Shown one piece after another: positions 13,701-25,119 of a stretch of 64,000 bases of DNA. The translations under genes and the position numbers were made by a program. Under the pieces are notes generated by a model that saw only the letters and a program-made list of their open reading frames with translations, ran no database searches and was not told the DNA's origin. Location of the stretch: the NCBI RefSeq assembly GCF_003704095.1, contig NW_020843402.1:248001-312000 (forward strand), written 5' to 3'. The stretch's first letter is position 1. Each line of letters opens with the position of its first letter. Source of the DNA: Pocillopora damicornis. Lineage: Eukaryota.

Positions 13701-16700
13701 GACTTTGCGCTCTCTTATTAGTCTCCAAAATATAAATGGAGGGTAAATAACGTGAAATTTTTCTTTAAGTCCACCTTTCACGTTTAGGTTAAATTATTGG
13801 GCCACTTAAATTTACACGTAGCATATTGTTACAGGCACAGAGTTAGTTCGTTAGTGGAAATAACAGGGTTACGAGAACAATTTTCATCCCATTTTCTTAA
13901 CAAGGAAAATCTATGCTGAAAACGTGCTCAAAGTCGACCCAGCGCAAAGCCGGAAAGGAGTGTCATCTATTAGTGCCTGTCAGGAACATGTNNNNNNNNN
14001 NNNNNNNNNNNNNNNNNNNNNNNNNNNNNNNNNNNNNNNNNNNNNNNNNNNNNNNNNNNNNNNNNNNNNNNNNNNNNNNNNNNNNNNNNNNAGAACTACA
14101 TGTGAAAAATAATCCAATTTATTTCGTCCAACTTGTACTCGCGTGGATCAGTGAATATGTATAAAAACCCAAATTTTTTCCATGTTAACTTGTGTTTCTG
14201 GTGAAGTATAATCCTAACATAGACTGCACAATGAGAGGTGCAAAGATGTTATGCTCGTTACACGTAGACCATATTAGAACTTCCGCATGGTTTTATTTTT
14301 AACAGAAAGATGCAGCTCCACCCAAGAAACCCACTCATGGTATAATCTACGTGGCCAGCTCTTATCCACCTTGGCAGCATGTCACCCTTACCACACTGAA
14401 GGAAATGTACGTCAAGCTGGGGGGGAACTTCCCGGATAACAGGGATATTATGACTCGGATGAAAGAACTACCGGAAGTCAAGAGCGCCATGAAGAAGCTG
14501 ATGCCATTTGTACAACATGTCAAGGTACTAGAAGTAAATCTTGACTTCTGCATTCTACATAGTTCATTACTAACCTCGTCTGCTATCTGAAGCAGTTCAG
14601 GAAAAAATGAAATAAAAATAAACAATTGTTAACTGTTTCATTATATTAAAAAGAACTAGAATCTTACACTGCACATTCTCCTTTTTTTTAATTTGGCACC
14701 TCTCTTTTCTATTAACCCCTATACTTACTCGCAGCTACTCAGAACGATCTCTTAACTTCGTTACTATTTCCATGTCGTTTATCTTCCTTTGAGTTTTCAT
14801 TACAAGATTAATCGCGTGACGTTATTGTGTGACAGGAATGTGTAGAACGTGACGGTCCGTCGGCCTTGGAGACAACTCTACCGTTTGATGAAAGACAAGT
14901 TCTTGAGGAGAACAACGCATTTCTTTCAAAAGCTCTCGAAGTAAGATTTAATTTGATGTGTAAAATATCGTTGCAAAACTTTCCTTGTAGTTAAGTTACA
15001 TTTTTCTTTTTTTGTGTGCTAAATTCAGTCGAATCATGATCATCAACAGTTTTCCCATGGGTACAGGAGGGGAGGGGAGGGGGTGTGTCCTTAACTTTAT
15101 ATTGGAATTTCAAGGCAATCCATGATATTTTATGATAAATCATCAACTTTCTCATCACGGAGAAAGTCCTATGTACCCCAGCGATTCCCCCCTCTCCAGC
15201 CACGCTCTTGATTACCCTTATTTAGTTGAAAGCTTGTAATTAACATGTGGTGAAGCTTTGGAGCTAAGTCTTGAGTTTGATTTTAGCTGGTTAGTGTGGA
15301 AATCAAGCCATCAAGTGAAGCTGACAAAAGAGTTCAGGAGGACTGTGCACCAGGAAAACCATTCTCGGTCTTCACAGCACAGGAGAGTCAGGTTTGTTTT
15401 TTGTGATTTCATGTGACATGCAATTTGGGTGACAAAGAAACAGACTTAGTCCGGACTACGGTAACGTCGTGATGTTAGTGAAAGATAGGAATAACCTCAA
15501 GTCACAAAGTCACTTTTAAAACCTCAACTGAATGAGCTATCAATGTAAAAAATGTGTGAAGGCGCTGTCTCATTGGAGAGAATCTTTCATTAGATACAGC
15601 AATTGCCCAAAATGTTACGAGCTGAGTATTATGTTTTAATTTGGATGATTTCGAAATCTTAAGTTCTTGGCTAATTGTATTTGTTATTTTTGTGATGAAG
15701 GAAAATGAAAGTATAGACTAAGTCAGTGTTCAGCTCCAGTTCATATAGGGAATGTCCGTTACTTCCTTTATCACTGTGAAAGTAGCAGAACTAAAACCGT
15801 TTTACAGATTGTTTCACACAGTTGTCGCTTGATGCAAGAAGAGGTTGGTCTGGCAAGGGTGAAATGAGCTCCAATACATTGATAGAGGTTTTTGGTCAGA
15901 TCGTATATCGCCTCACGCACAACGTAACAGAACACTACAACCCAGAAGAGCCTGAATTCACGACAGAGTCTTTTGGCTACGACCCACTGCTAAGCACAGG
16001 TAGAGAATGGAATTATGAACCTGTTGATGAACTGATATACCAAGAGTACAGCGACAGAGAAGCCACAAACTCGAACTTTTTCGCATATAACAACATTAAT
16101 GTCCAGGTTAGAAACGCTTTCTTACCAGAAGACAGTGAGGAGACAAGGGAACAGAACGGTAAAGATGAAGAAATGGCTCGGAAACGTCTTCGACCATCCT
16201 TTGTACAGACAGTTTGTAAATCGATGTATATTGGAGCTTTGATTTCTTTTCTTTCGGCTGTTTTCATCGCCTTATTTTACCTGTTGATCTCTTTTGTATG
16301 TTACAAAACTATTCTCCACTGTCAAAACTACCCAAAAGAATTGATTCCGATCCGTGTACAATGGATGAAAACTATTTCTGATGCGATTTCGTCTTTTTTC
16401 TATTACTTCTGGTTCTTTGGTATCGCGTTATTCCTTTTCCGTCCATTTCAGTTGAAAGGAGTGAGGAAAACATTGTTCTTGATTTTGTTTGTCTCGTACT
16501 GTTTGGACGCGAGTTATCGCCTTGTATTGGTTAAGGTGGGAGTGTGGTATTATTTGGCACCAAAAGTCTACCAAACTCCACTTTATTCGTTTTTCTTTCT
16601 AAGCGTTTGCTTACAGCTTTATGTTTTGGGAAAACAATTTCGTGCACGACCTATAAAAATGCTTCTTGTTCTGATGTGTAAAATGTTATTGCCATTTTGT

Positions 16701-19700
16701 TTACCTGTTGTTTTCGGTATTTTCCTTTCTGATGTTATTTATGGAATATACATAACAAAACCCATCGAAGGAAAGCTTCTAATTGCTCTCTTTGCCCCTG
16801 TTGTTGCGGTGGTTTTGAAAATTGTGTCACGACTTTGTGTTCAGCGATTAAGGAACATCACTCATCCGGGATACTCTTATGTGTTATTGGTGCCTCTGTA
16901 TTACGGCACAGCGGTTGTCTTGAGAGCTTTGCAAGCAGATCTGGACGATCTTCCATACATCGCCTTACTTGGAGTCATTCACGGTGTTGCTGAGGTTGTG
17001 GAACGTAGTGTTATGGTTGTTGTTGATCACACTTGTACCGTGCTTTGGAAAAGAAAATTGGCCCCCTGGGGAAGTTTCCGTACTCCTCGCCGCGAAAGAC
17101 TTATGGCTGATATCGCCATTATAAGCATGTTGTATGAATCTACTGCTGTAATATCTGTTAACGGATTGTTTTGCTTGTATCAATACGTCTACACAGAAAA
17201 TGACTCTATCATAAACTTGCTCAAGACATTCGCAGTTCACACTTCAGTTCAACTGGTAATTGAGTGGTTTTTTACCAGTGTGTCTCTGGCGATCGAGACT
17301 CGTTATCAGAATATGGCTGTCATGGCTGTTTGGCGAAGGAGATGGAAAAGACACATTTTGGCAGCGCTTGTAAATACAGTACCACTTGCTGTATGGAATA
17401 GTGTCTGTATGTTAATTATTTTGCGCGCGTCTTACTCAAACATAGGGTTTAAACAGCCTTGTAAAATGCCATTTTCTTAAGTGCCGACTAGAAAAAATTT
17501 ACAGAAATTGTTAATGATCGCCTTGTTACACATTTCTTTAGTGGGACCAAAAAGGACTGTCGCTAATTCTTCTCATATAACAAGAGCAACATTGAAGAGA
17601 AGGAAGATATTACACTCACACGAACGAAACTGAAATGAATCAGTAAAGTGAACTTTACTAATTAAGTTTTTTAGTCGCTCAGTCGATAGCTCATTAGGAT
17701 TAAATGATCAAAATGCATGTGTGAGTGTGTAAAGTAGCAGGACCAATAAAGGGAATTCTCTCATGGTTAAAATTCTGGTGGCCATTAACATCGAGAAGAT
17801 TTTTTATGTTATTAGTTGGTGTATTTTCAAAACCAATAAATCAGTAAATCGTCGATTTTTTAAATCTTTTTTAAAACAAAACATAATATACTTCTGAATA
17901 ACAGGGTGACTTTCTATAGAAACTGGTGCTGCGTCGGTGGGAGAGTATATCAGGGTAATTTAGTATTACCAACTGAGTTGATAGCGCAAATTGGTCACAG
18001 TAAAGCTGACGTTTCGAGCGTTAGCCCTTCGTGAGAGTTAATTACGTTATCAATTCAGATGATAATTCTAATTTATCCTATAATATACTTCTGATGGATA
18101 CAGAGATTCACAAAGACGATGGGCTTATCGAGGCGGTTGAGTGCTGAGCGCGCTGTACAGATGCTAATGTGCTGCTAAGAAGCACTCCAGGCAACGCAAT
18201 CTTTTCTTTACTTAGAAGTATCGAAATGACAACAGCTGAATCTTGGGAGCTTCAATTGAAAGGCAAATTCACGCAAGGGAATTTTCAAACTAATGAAACG
18301 GAACTAAACTCTGGACTGTGTGATGTAAAATTATACTTTCTTTTTTTTCTCCACTACACAACCTGTTATTTGAACTTCAAGTTCCTTTGATAGGATGAAA
18401 GAATCTTGGAGAAACCAAACCAAGGATAATTAAAAACGAATCAGCATATTCCTTTTCTGATACATAAATACCGAGGAATCCTTCTCTTTATCATTTTCTT
18501 CAGGTTTTTAATGTTTTTTTCATTGATGAACTTCTGATTTGAGCTAATGAGGTGTTAACGCTAGTCAAGGAAGTGTCTGAAGTATGAAATTTCTCATCCG
18601 CCATGAAATTTCTTATCCGCCATAAAATTTCTTATCCGCCAAGAAATTGACGATACGGAAACAAATTAAGAACGAAAGTTATTTGATGTGCCTTTAATGG
18701 AAACGAAATGGTTTTGATGTTAGTAAGATAGAAATCCTTACTTTCCCATGGTACAATGGTTGTTTGTATGCATTGGGTGCAGTTTCAAGATCTCGCTTGC
18801 AATGGGCTAGAGCATACAAGAAAGGTCTTTAAGTGTCTTTGAAGTACACTATCTGTCTCTCTCTCTGTCTGCCTGCCCAACCGTCTCCATTTCCCTGTTT
18901 GTCTCTTTATCTGTTTTTTCTGTATTGCTGTCTTTGTCTGTATATCTGTTTGTCACTTATGTTGGTTATTCTTCCTCGCAGACAAATGGTGTATGTGGTT
19001 CTAGTGGCGCCGTAGAGTTAACAGATAAATCTCCCATCCCATCTGAGAAACAACCGTCCCCAGTTTGCCGATTTGTTAATGTCAAACTATGTGGAGTTGA
19101 ACCGGCCCAAGGTGCCAAGGGAAATCAAGCCACAGTGCTGCTAGAGAACCCACAAGGACAGTACCTGTTGAACTTGGACCAACTCACACGCGAGGTTACT
19201 AAAAATTTAATACTCGTAAAGCGCCGGTGTTGTTACTTGAGTAGATACCAGTTTGCTTTCGTTGTGTATTTCGCTTTATTCGAGAAGAATAAGCGTGCAT
19301 ATGGTGCTGAGGCTTTGGATTTACGTTTCAGCTTTCTTTTAAGTTTCATGAACGTTGCTCAGTTTTCTTTGTGTGAGCAAATTAGCGGTTCGTTGGAGCA
19401 ACTGTTGATAATATGTTACTGTTGATTTTCTCTTTTTTAGAAACAAGTTTGTCATCGCAGTTATGCATATAAAGCATTTCAGCAGCAAGGTTCGTCTGAA
19501 CGTGAGATGATTGTGTTATTTGATGTTTTTGATTCTTGCGGTTTTAGGTTGCGGCGGTTTTCGGTCTTAGAGGAAGAAAACTTACACTGTCGGCATCGTC
19601 CAGCTGTGATTCACGTGAGTAACTCAAGTTTTTAAACTGAAACGTAAAAGTTTTATCGTAGAGAAGAATGAAAACTTTTAGAGAATTTGTTCTTATCCCT

Positions 19701-20090
19701 CGACAATAGATGAAGTGTGTAGCGCAGTGAAAAAAAATGAAATTTAACAACTCGAAACTCTTCTTACTATTATTTACAGTATTGAGGGTTTCAGAGAAGA
19801 ATTCGAATTGGGAAAGTCGCATGAAGCAGTGAAAATATTAAGTGTTGACTCATAGTGGTACTTGGGTGAAAAAGGTTTTCAGTAAATTGCGGGTTTCGTC
19901 TGATCTTGTCTTACTGGCGATCTGCCATCTTGACCTTACAGGTTCACACTGACACGATATGTCGAAAGTGGTTCATTCAGAGCTCTAATTTTCTCGTATT
20001 TTTCAATGATTTTTGTTGACAGCCCTGACCAGTCAAGACGTCATGAAATACAGTGGACAGTGTCTTTACGCTTTTATTGCGAAGAATTAA
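10736..20090 (+). CDS. LARS1: Cytosolic leucyl-tRNA synthetase, C-terminal half, 14 exons (10736-10864, 11311-11362, 11517-11580, 11702-11814, 12151-12221, 12332-12494, 12913-12981, 13429-13569, 14306-14524, 14836-14940, 15287-15391, 18982-19194, 19548-19614, 20023-20090); 5' exons not found in the window
   Basis: GT-AG exons join in frame: [26 protein letters not shown]...[11 protein letters not shown]|[11 protein letters not shown]...[18 protein letters not shown]...[12 protein letters not shown]...YPPWQH...[12 protein letters not shown]...[12 protein letters not shown]. These are LARS1 hallmark motifs, with KMSKS split by an intron. Confidence is high for exons 1-11; attachment of the last three exons is inferred from phase. 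Confidence 0.88.
13992..14091. other. Assembly gap (100 N) in a LARS intron
   Basis: Run of N. Confidence 0.98.
15864..17480 (+). CDS. Intronless uncharacterised multi-pass membrane protein (~538 aa from ATG 15864), nested in the LARS intron 15392-18981; family copy A
   Basis: Long ORF with an acidic N-terminal ~110 aa, then about 10 hydrophobic segments. Motifs [27 protein letters not shown] and [17 protein letters not shown] are shared with other copies in the window. Confidence 0.85.
   Translation: MSSNTLIEVFGQIVYRLTHNVTEHYNPEEPEFTTESFGYDPLLSTGREWNYEPVDELIYQEYSDREATNSNFFAYNNINVQVRNAFLPEDSEETREQNGKDEEMARKRLRPSFVQTVCKSMYIGALISFLSAVFIALFYLLISFVCYKTILHCQNYPKELIPIRVQWMKTISDAISSFFYYFWFFGIALFLFRPFQLKGVRKTLFLILFVSYCLDASYRLVLVKVGVWYYLAPKVYQTPLYSFFFLSVCLQLYVLGKQFRARPIKMLLVLMCKMLLPFCLPVVFGIFLSDVIYGIYITKPIEGKLLIALFAPVVAVVLKIVSRLCVQRLRNITHPGYSYVLLVPLYYGTAVVLRALQADLDDLPYIALLGVIHGVAEVVERSVMVVVDHTCTVLWKRKLAPWGSFRTPRRERLMADIAIISMLYESTAVISVNGLFCLYQYVYTENDSIINLLKTFAVHTSVQLVIEWFFTSVSLAIETRYQNMAVMAVWRRRWKRHILAALVNTVPLAVWNSVCMLIILRASYSNIGFKQPCKMPFS
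18584..18648 (+). repeat. Tandem 19-bp repeat (ATGAAATTTCTTATCCGCC), about 3.4 copies
   Basis: Seen directly. Confidence 0.75.
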
Positions 20091-21189
20091 CACGATGAAA
20101 ATGCGGCGGCGCATTATGGTGCCAAAATCAAGGTGCTTCTCAGCGAAGTAAAACGAATTTAAAATTCCATAGGAATGAACTTTTAATTTTAGATCACTTT
20201 GAGTATTGCGGCCAAACTCCCTGTAAGTAGTTTCTATGGAGAATATAGGAAAGGAGCTTTCTCTCTCTTACACTTTTTCTGTCGATGTCTTCACACTTCC
20301 CCTCCCCGCTTCAGACAAATTACAATTGAAGTGGGATGGGAGGGGATCTTGGTGAAATTTTGCTGTTTAAATTGGCCTTAATATATTGAAATTCAAACTG
20401 ATTCGAACTCTCTTTAACAATAATTACAAAATGGTTAACGGGGAAATTAATTTACATTTCTGGCACTAGCCCTTTGAGAGGTTTGGGTTGTGCGTGTGGA
20501 GAAATACTTCTGTTGTAATGAATTGTGTGTTGTCGAAAAATACTCCTGTTGTGATGAGTTACAGAACGTCACGTGAGGTGGATATTCAGCTTGCATTTTA
20601 AGGGTAATTAAAAGAAAAGACGAAAATATGGTTGCAGTGCTTGATCTTGTTTTCCCTTCCACCTGTGTTAGGCATTCGGTCAGTGGAGACGAACGAATAG
20701 CTGAGCGAGTGGAGTCGGCCGTCCGTCCCTCTTAGTTTCTCCCGGTTTTTTCAGTTTTTCTTCCGCTCGCCCGCTCTCCAACCCCCCCCCCCCCCCTTTT
20801 TTCATCATCATTCCCCAACACTGACTGTCTGGAACAGGCTTTGTTTTTTGTGGGCTCCCCCCTGTGCAGGCAATGAATACAATTCGACAGCTTCTGTTTT
20901 CGGGTAATAATCTACTTCACTGCGCAGGGGAAATCCCGTACAGTTTTGGTAAGACCATTATCTCTTGGTAATCTGTTCGAATTGTGATTACAACACCGTA
21001 TCGCTTTGGAAGATGTTCATACGAAGATGAAATAGTAAGCAGTACACTTATAGAGGTGTTTGGTCAAGTCTGTTTCATTACGCGTGCAGTGGATCAGGTT
21101 CCTATAACCTTGAAGAACTTCCTCCGATCCGAGTTTGGATGTAGCACCGCCGATATTGCTGTGGAAGATATTGTTCATACAAAGGTAGG

Positions 21190-21622
21190 ATGGCAACCAG
21201 TACCCTGATAGAGGTTTTTGGTCAGATCGTATATCGCCTCACACGCAGCGTAACAGAACACTACAACCCAGAAGAACCTGAATTCACGACAGAGTCTTTT
21301 GGCTACGATCCACTGCTAAGCACAGGTAGAGAATGGTATAAAGAGCCTGTTGATGAACTGATATACCAAGAGTACAGCGACAGAGAGGCCACAAACTCGA
21401 ACTTTTTCGCACATAACATTAATGTCCAGGTTATAAACGCGTTCTTACCAGAAGACAGTGGGGAGACAAGGGTAGATCAGAACGTTAAGGAGGAAGAAAT
21501 GACTTGGAAACGTCTTCGTCCATCCTTTTCACAGACAGTTTGTAAATCGATGTGCTGTGGAGCGTTGATTTCGTTTCTTGCAGCTGTGTTAATTGCCATG
21601 GTTTACCTGCAGATCTCCTATG
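21190..21622 (+). CDS. Membrane-protein family copy B, N-terminal part, cut by an assembly gap
   Basis: [18 protein letters not shown]...AMVYLQISY, nearly identical to copies C and E. Confidence 0.75.
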
Positions 21623-21722
21623 NNNNNNNNNNNNNNNNNNNNNNNNNNNNNNNNNNNNNNNNNNNNNNNNNNNNNNNNNNNNNNNNNNNNNNNNNNNNNN
21701 NNNNNNNNNNNNNNNNNNNNNN
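21623..21722. other. Assembly gap (100 N) between converging inverted gene copies
   Basis: Run of N. Confidence 0.98.
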
Positions 21723-22855
21723 TCAATGACTTCTGCAGCTCCGTGAATAACTCCAAGAATGGCGATAGTCTGGAGATGGTCAAGATCTGCTTGTAAAACT
21801 CGAAAGATAATCGCTGTGCCGAAGTAGAGAGGCGCCAACAACACATAAGAGTATCCTGGATGAGTAATGTTCCATAATCGCTGAACACAGATTCTTGATA
21901 TTACCTTTACAGCGACCCCCAAAAGAGGTGAAAATAATGCAATTATCAGCCTGCCTGTGTTTTCTTGTTTGAGATACGCTCTATAAAGAATATCTGAAAT
22001 AAACATTCCATAAATAAGGGGCAAGCAAAATGGTACTATCATTTTACACAATAAACCTGCCAGTCTTGGACGCGGGCAGAACTGTCTCCCGACAATATAT
22101 AATTGCAAACATATACTGGTGATGAGAAAAGTATATATTGGAATCTGCAATTCAGTGGCTGACGCATAATAAGGCTTTCCAATAACTTGAAGAGAAAAGC
22201 GATAACTTATGTCCAAACAATACGCTGCAAAGCTTACCAGAATCAGCTTTTTCTTTATTCCTTTGAGCTGATACGGACGAAAAAGAAACAGGAGTGTAAC
22301 AAAGATCCAGAAGTAATAGAAACTAACGGATATCGCATCAGAAATCGTTTTGATCCACTGCACACGAATTGGAATTGACGAGATGTTGTAATCCTGACAT
22401 TGAAGAATTGTTTTGTAACTGACATAGGAGATTTGCAGGTAAACCATGGCAATTAACACAGCTGCAAGAAACGAAATCAACGCTCCAAAGCACATCGATT
22501 TAAAAACTGTCTGTGAAAAGGATGGACGAAGACGTTTCCAAGCCATTTCTTCCTCCTTAACGTTCTGATCTACCCTTGTCTCCCCACTGTCTTCTGGTAA
22601 GAACGCGTTTATAACCTGGACATTAATGTTATATGCGAAAAAGTTTGAGTTTGTAGCCTCTCTGTCGCTGTACTCTTGGTATATCAGTTCATCAACAGGC
22701 TCTTTATACCATTCTCTACCTGTGCTTAACAGTGGATCGTAGCCAAAAGACTCTGTCGTGAATTCAGGTTCTTCTGGGTTGAAGTGTTCTGTTACGCTGC
22801 GCGTGAGGCGATATACGATCTGACCAACAACCTCTATCAGTGTACTGGTAGCCAT
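21723..22855 (-). CDS. Membrane-protein family copy C, N-terminal ~377 aa, cut by the gap
   Basis: Open frame MATSTLIEVVGQ...ILGVIHGAAEVI ending at the gap. Confidence 0.8.
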
Positions 22856-23114
22856 CCTTCCTTTGTGTGAAAAATGTCTTCCACACCAATATCGTCGATG
22901 CTACATCCACACTCGGACCGGGAGAGGTTTTTTCCGGGTTGTAGAAAGCTGATACGCTGCACGTGTAATGAAACAGACTTCACCAAACACCTCTATAAGT
23001 GTACTGCTTACTATTTCACCCTCGTATCAACGACATCTTCCAAAAAGATACGGTGTTGTATTCACAATTCGAACAGATTACCAAGAGATAATTGTCTTAC
23101 CAAAACTGTTCGGC

Positions 23115-23558
23115 CGCCGCTTCTTCATCGTGTTAATTCTTCGCAATGAAAGCGTAAAGGCACTGTCGGCTGTATTTCATGACGTCTTGATTGGTAAGAA
23201 CTGTCAACAAAAATCATCAAGAAATACGAGAAAATTGGAGATCTGAATGATCTTTCGACATATCGTGTCAGTGTGAAACTGAAAAGTCAAAATGGCTCAT
23301 CGCCAGTAAAACAAGATTAAACGAAAGCTGCAATTAACTGAAAACATTTTTCACTCAAGTACCACTATGAGTTAACACTCAATATTTTCACTGCTTCATG
23401 CGACTTTCCCAATTTGAATTCTTCTCTGAAACCCTCAATACTGTAAATAATAGTAAGAAGAGTTTCGAGTTGTTAAATTTTATTTTTGCCACCGCGCTAC
23501 ACATTTCATCTATTGTCGAGGGATGAGAACAAATTCTCTAAAAGTTTTCATTCTTCTC
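23115..23558 (-). pseudogene. Inverted duplicate of the LARS last intron and last exon (copy of ~19660-20110)
   Basis: Reverse complement of 19660-20110, including caagacgtcatgaaatacag...gaagaattaa, with indels. Confidence 0.75.
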
Positions 23559-25119
23559 TCTCTATCAGTGTACTGGTAACCATCCTTTCTTTGTATGAAC
23601 AAAGTTAGAGTCTCCCGCTTCCCGTACTACGTTCTCCCGCCTCCCGTACGTTTGTGCCCCTTTGCATCCCACCCTTCATTGTGTTGCTCCCGTCTTTAGG
23701 TCAATTAAGAGGGTCAGAAACCCGGGTTAACTTTCAAACTGTGCCAAAACTTAACATTCGTGTTCATTTTCTGGCCTTTAATAAGAGTAACGTTCAGAGT
23801 TTGCCTCTCCTATGCTCCGCACTCTCCGGCGCGCTCATTGAAGCGGCATTCCTTTGAAGCAAGTTTGCACCATGAGGTAAAATCTTTGGTAATTTGGGAT
23901 GTGCAGTCGTATGGAGCGAGCTCCCAAGAAGGTCTTCCATGAACGGAGTTTTCGTTGCCACACCGAAAAATACTAAGGCCGGTTAACATAGTCTTTGACG
24001 ACATTTGCCCTGAATGACCCTGAATCGCTTTCTTTGCTGGAGATTTTCGAAAGCTACAGCCGTACGTGTGTCATGTGTCATGCTATCTCACGACCTGTAA
24101 CGTAATCGAATTAAAGGGATTTCCAAATTCACCGGAAGTAATGCTGTTTGTCCAGCCCGAGTACAAATTTACGTTCTCTTGCTTCCAAAATTTTCTGTAA
24201 AGCATTGGTGGATGTTAAATGGAAATTTCAAACCTTTGCTAGATAAGTGTTTAAACTGAATAATACCCAGTAATAAACAACAAACTATCGCCTTCTTTAT
24301 TTCTTTTCCCGCCTCACGCCTTCATATAGATCCCACTTCCTGCCCCTGTTCTCCCGCTTCCAGCCCTCTCCCGCTCCCTGTTCTCCCGGGCTCCCGTCCC
24401 CCTGTCCCCCTCCACAAATGACACAATCATCTCTCGTTAAGACGAACCTTGCGGCTGAAATGCTTTATATGCATAATTACGATGACAGAAACTTGTTTCT
24501 AAAAAGAGAAAATCTACAGCAACATATCATCAACAGTTGCTCCATTGACGAGGAAGAAGTGAATCACATGACCACCGTCGAATCAGTTGTAACAGAAATT
24601 GGCTTACCGCATCCGATTGTCTATGATATTTATAACTTATGTGACTACGTCAAGAAAGAAAAATTAAACTATTTTACTGTTTCCATACTTAAGGAAATCT
24701 GTACTTTGTTCGAGCTCCCATTTAAATCCAGAAATTCCAAAGCTGTTCTAATGTCAAAAATAGAAGAAATGACCCATAAATGCTGGTGCGCAGTGGAAGG
24801 ATAATTACACCATCAAGCAGTGATGCAATGGATGCTGTCTATGATGGAGAGATTGTAAGTTGGTTATGAAAATTACTTTTTTTTCTGTTTTGCCTTGACT
24901 TTGTGACGTGGACAAACATGCATTATTCTTACGTAATGTTTTAACGGGAAACCAAACAGCATAATTTTGTTTCTAAGTGGGTATATATTCAGCCGTTCTT
25001 AGCCACCATTTTAGAACAAAGTATATGTAAATATTTAGTATGGTACACAAAAAACCAGTTTACTTAAAAAAAAAAAAAGAAAGAAAAACGTAATTTAACT
25101 ACAAGGAAAGTTTTGCAAC

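Noticed and set aside
18584-18648. Short direct repeats as a CRISPR-like array (also 4674-4745)
   Set aside because: The units are contiguous with no spacers, in a eukaryotic context.
21485-21729. ORF-track proteins reading through N-runs (456 aa, 595 aa, 179 aa tails and ORFs at 4349-4654, 13913-14164)
   Set aside because: They are artefacts of translating across gaps; features were trimmed to the gap edges.
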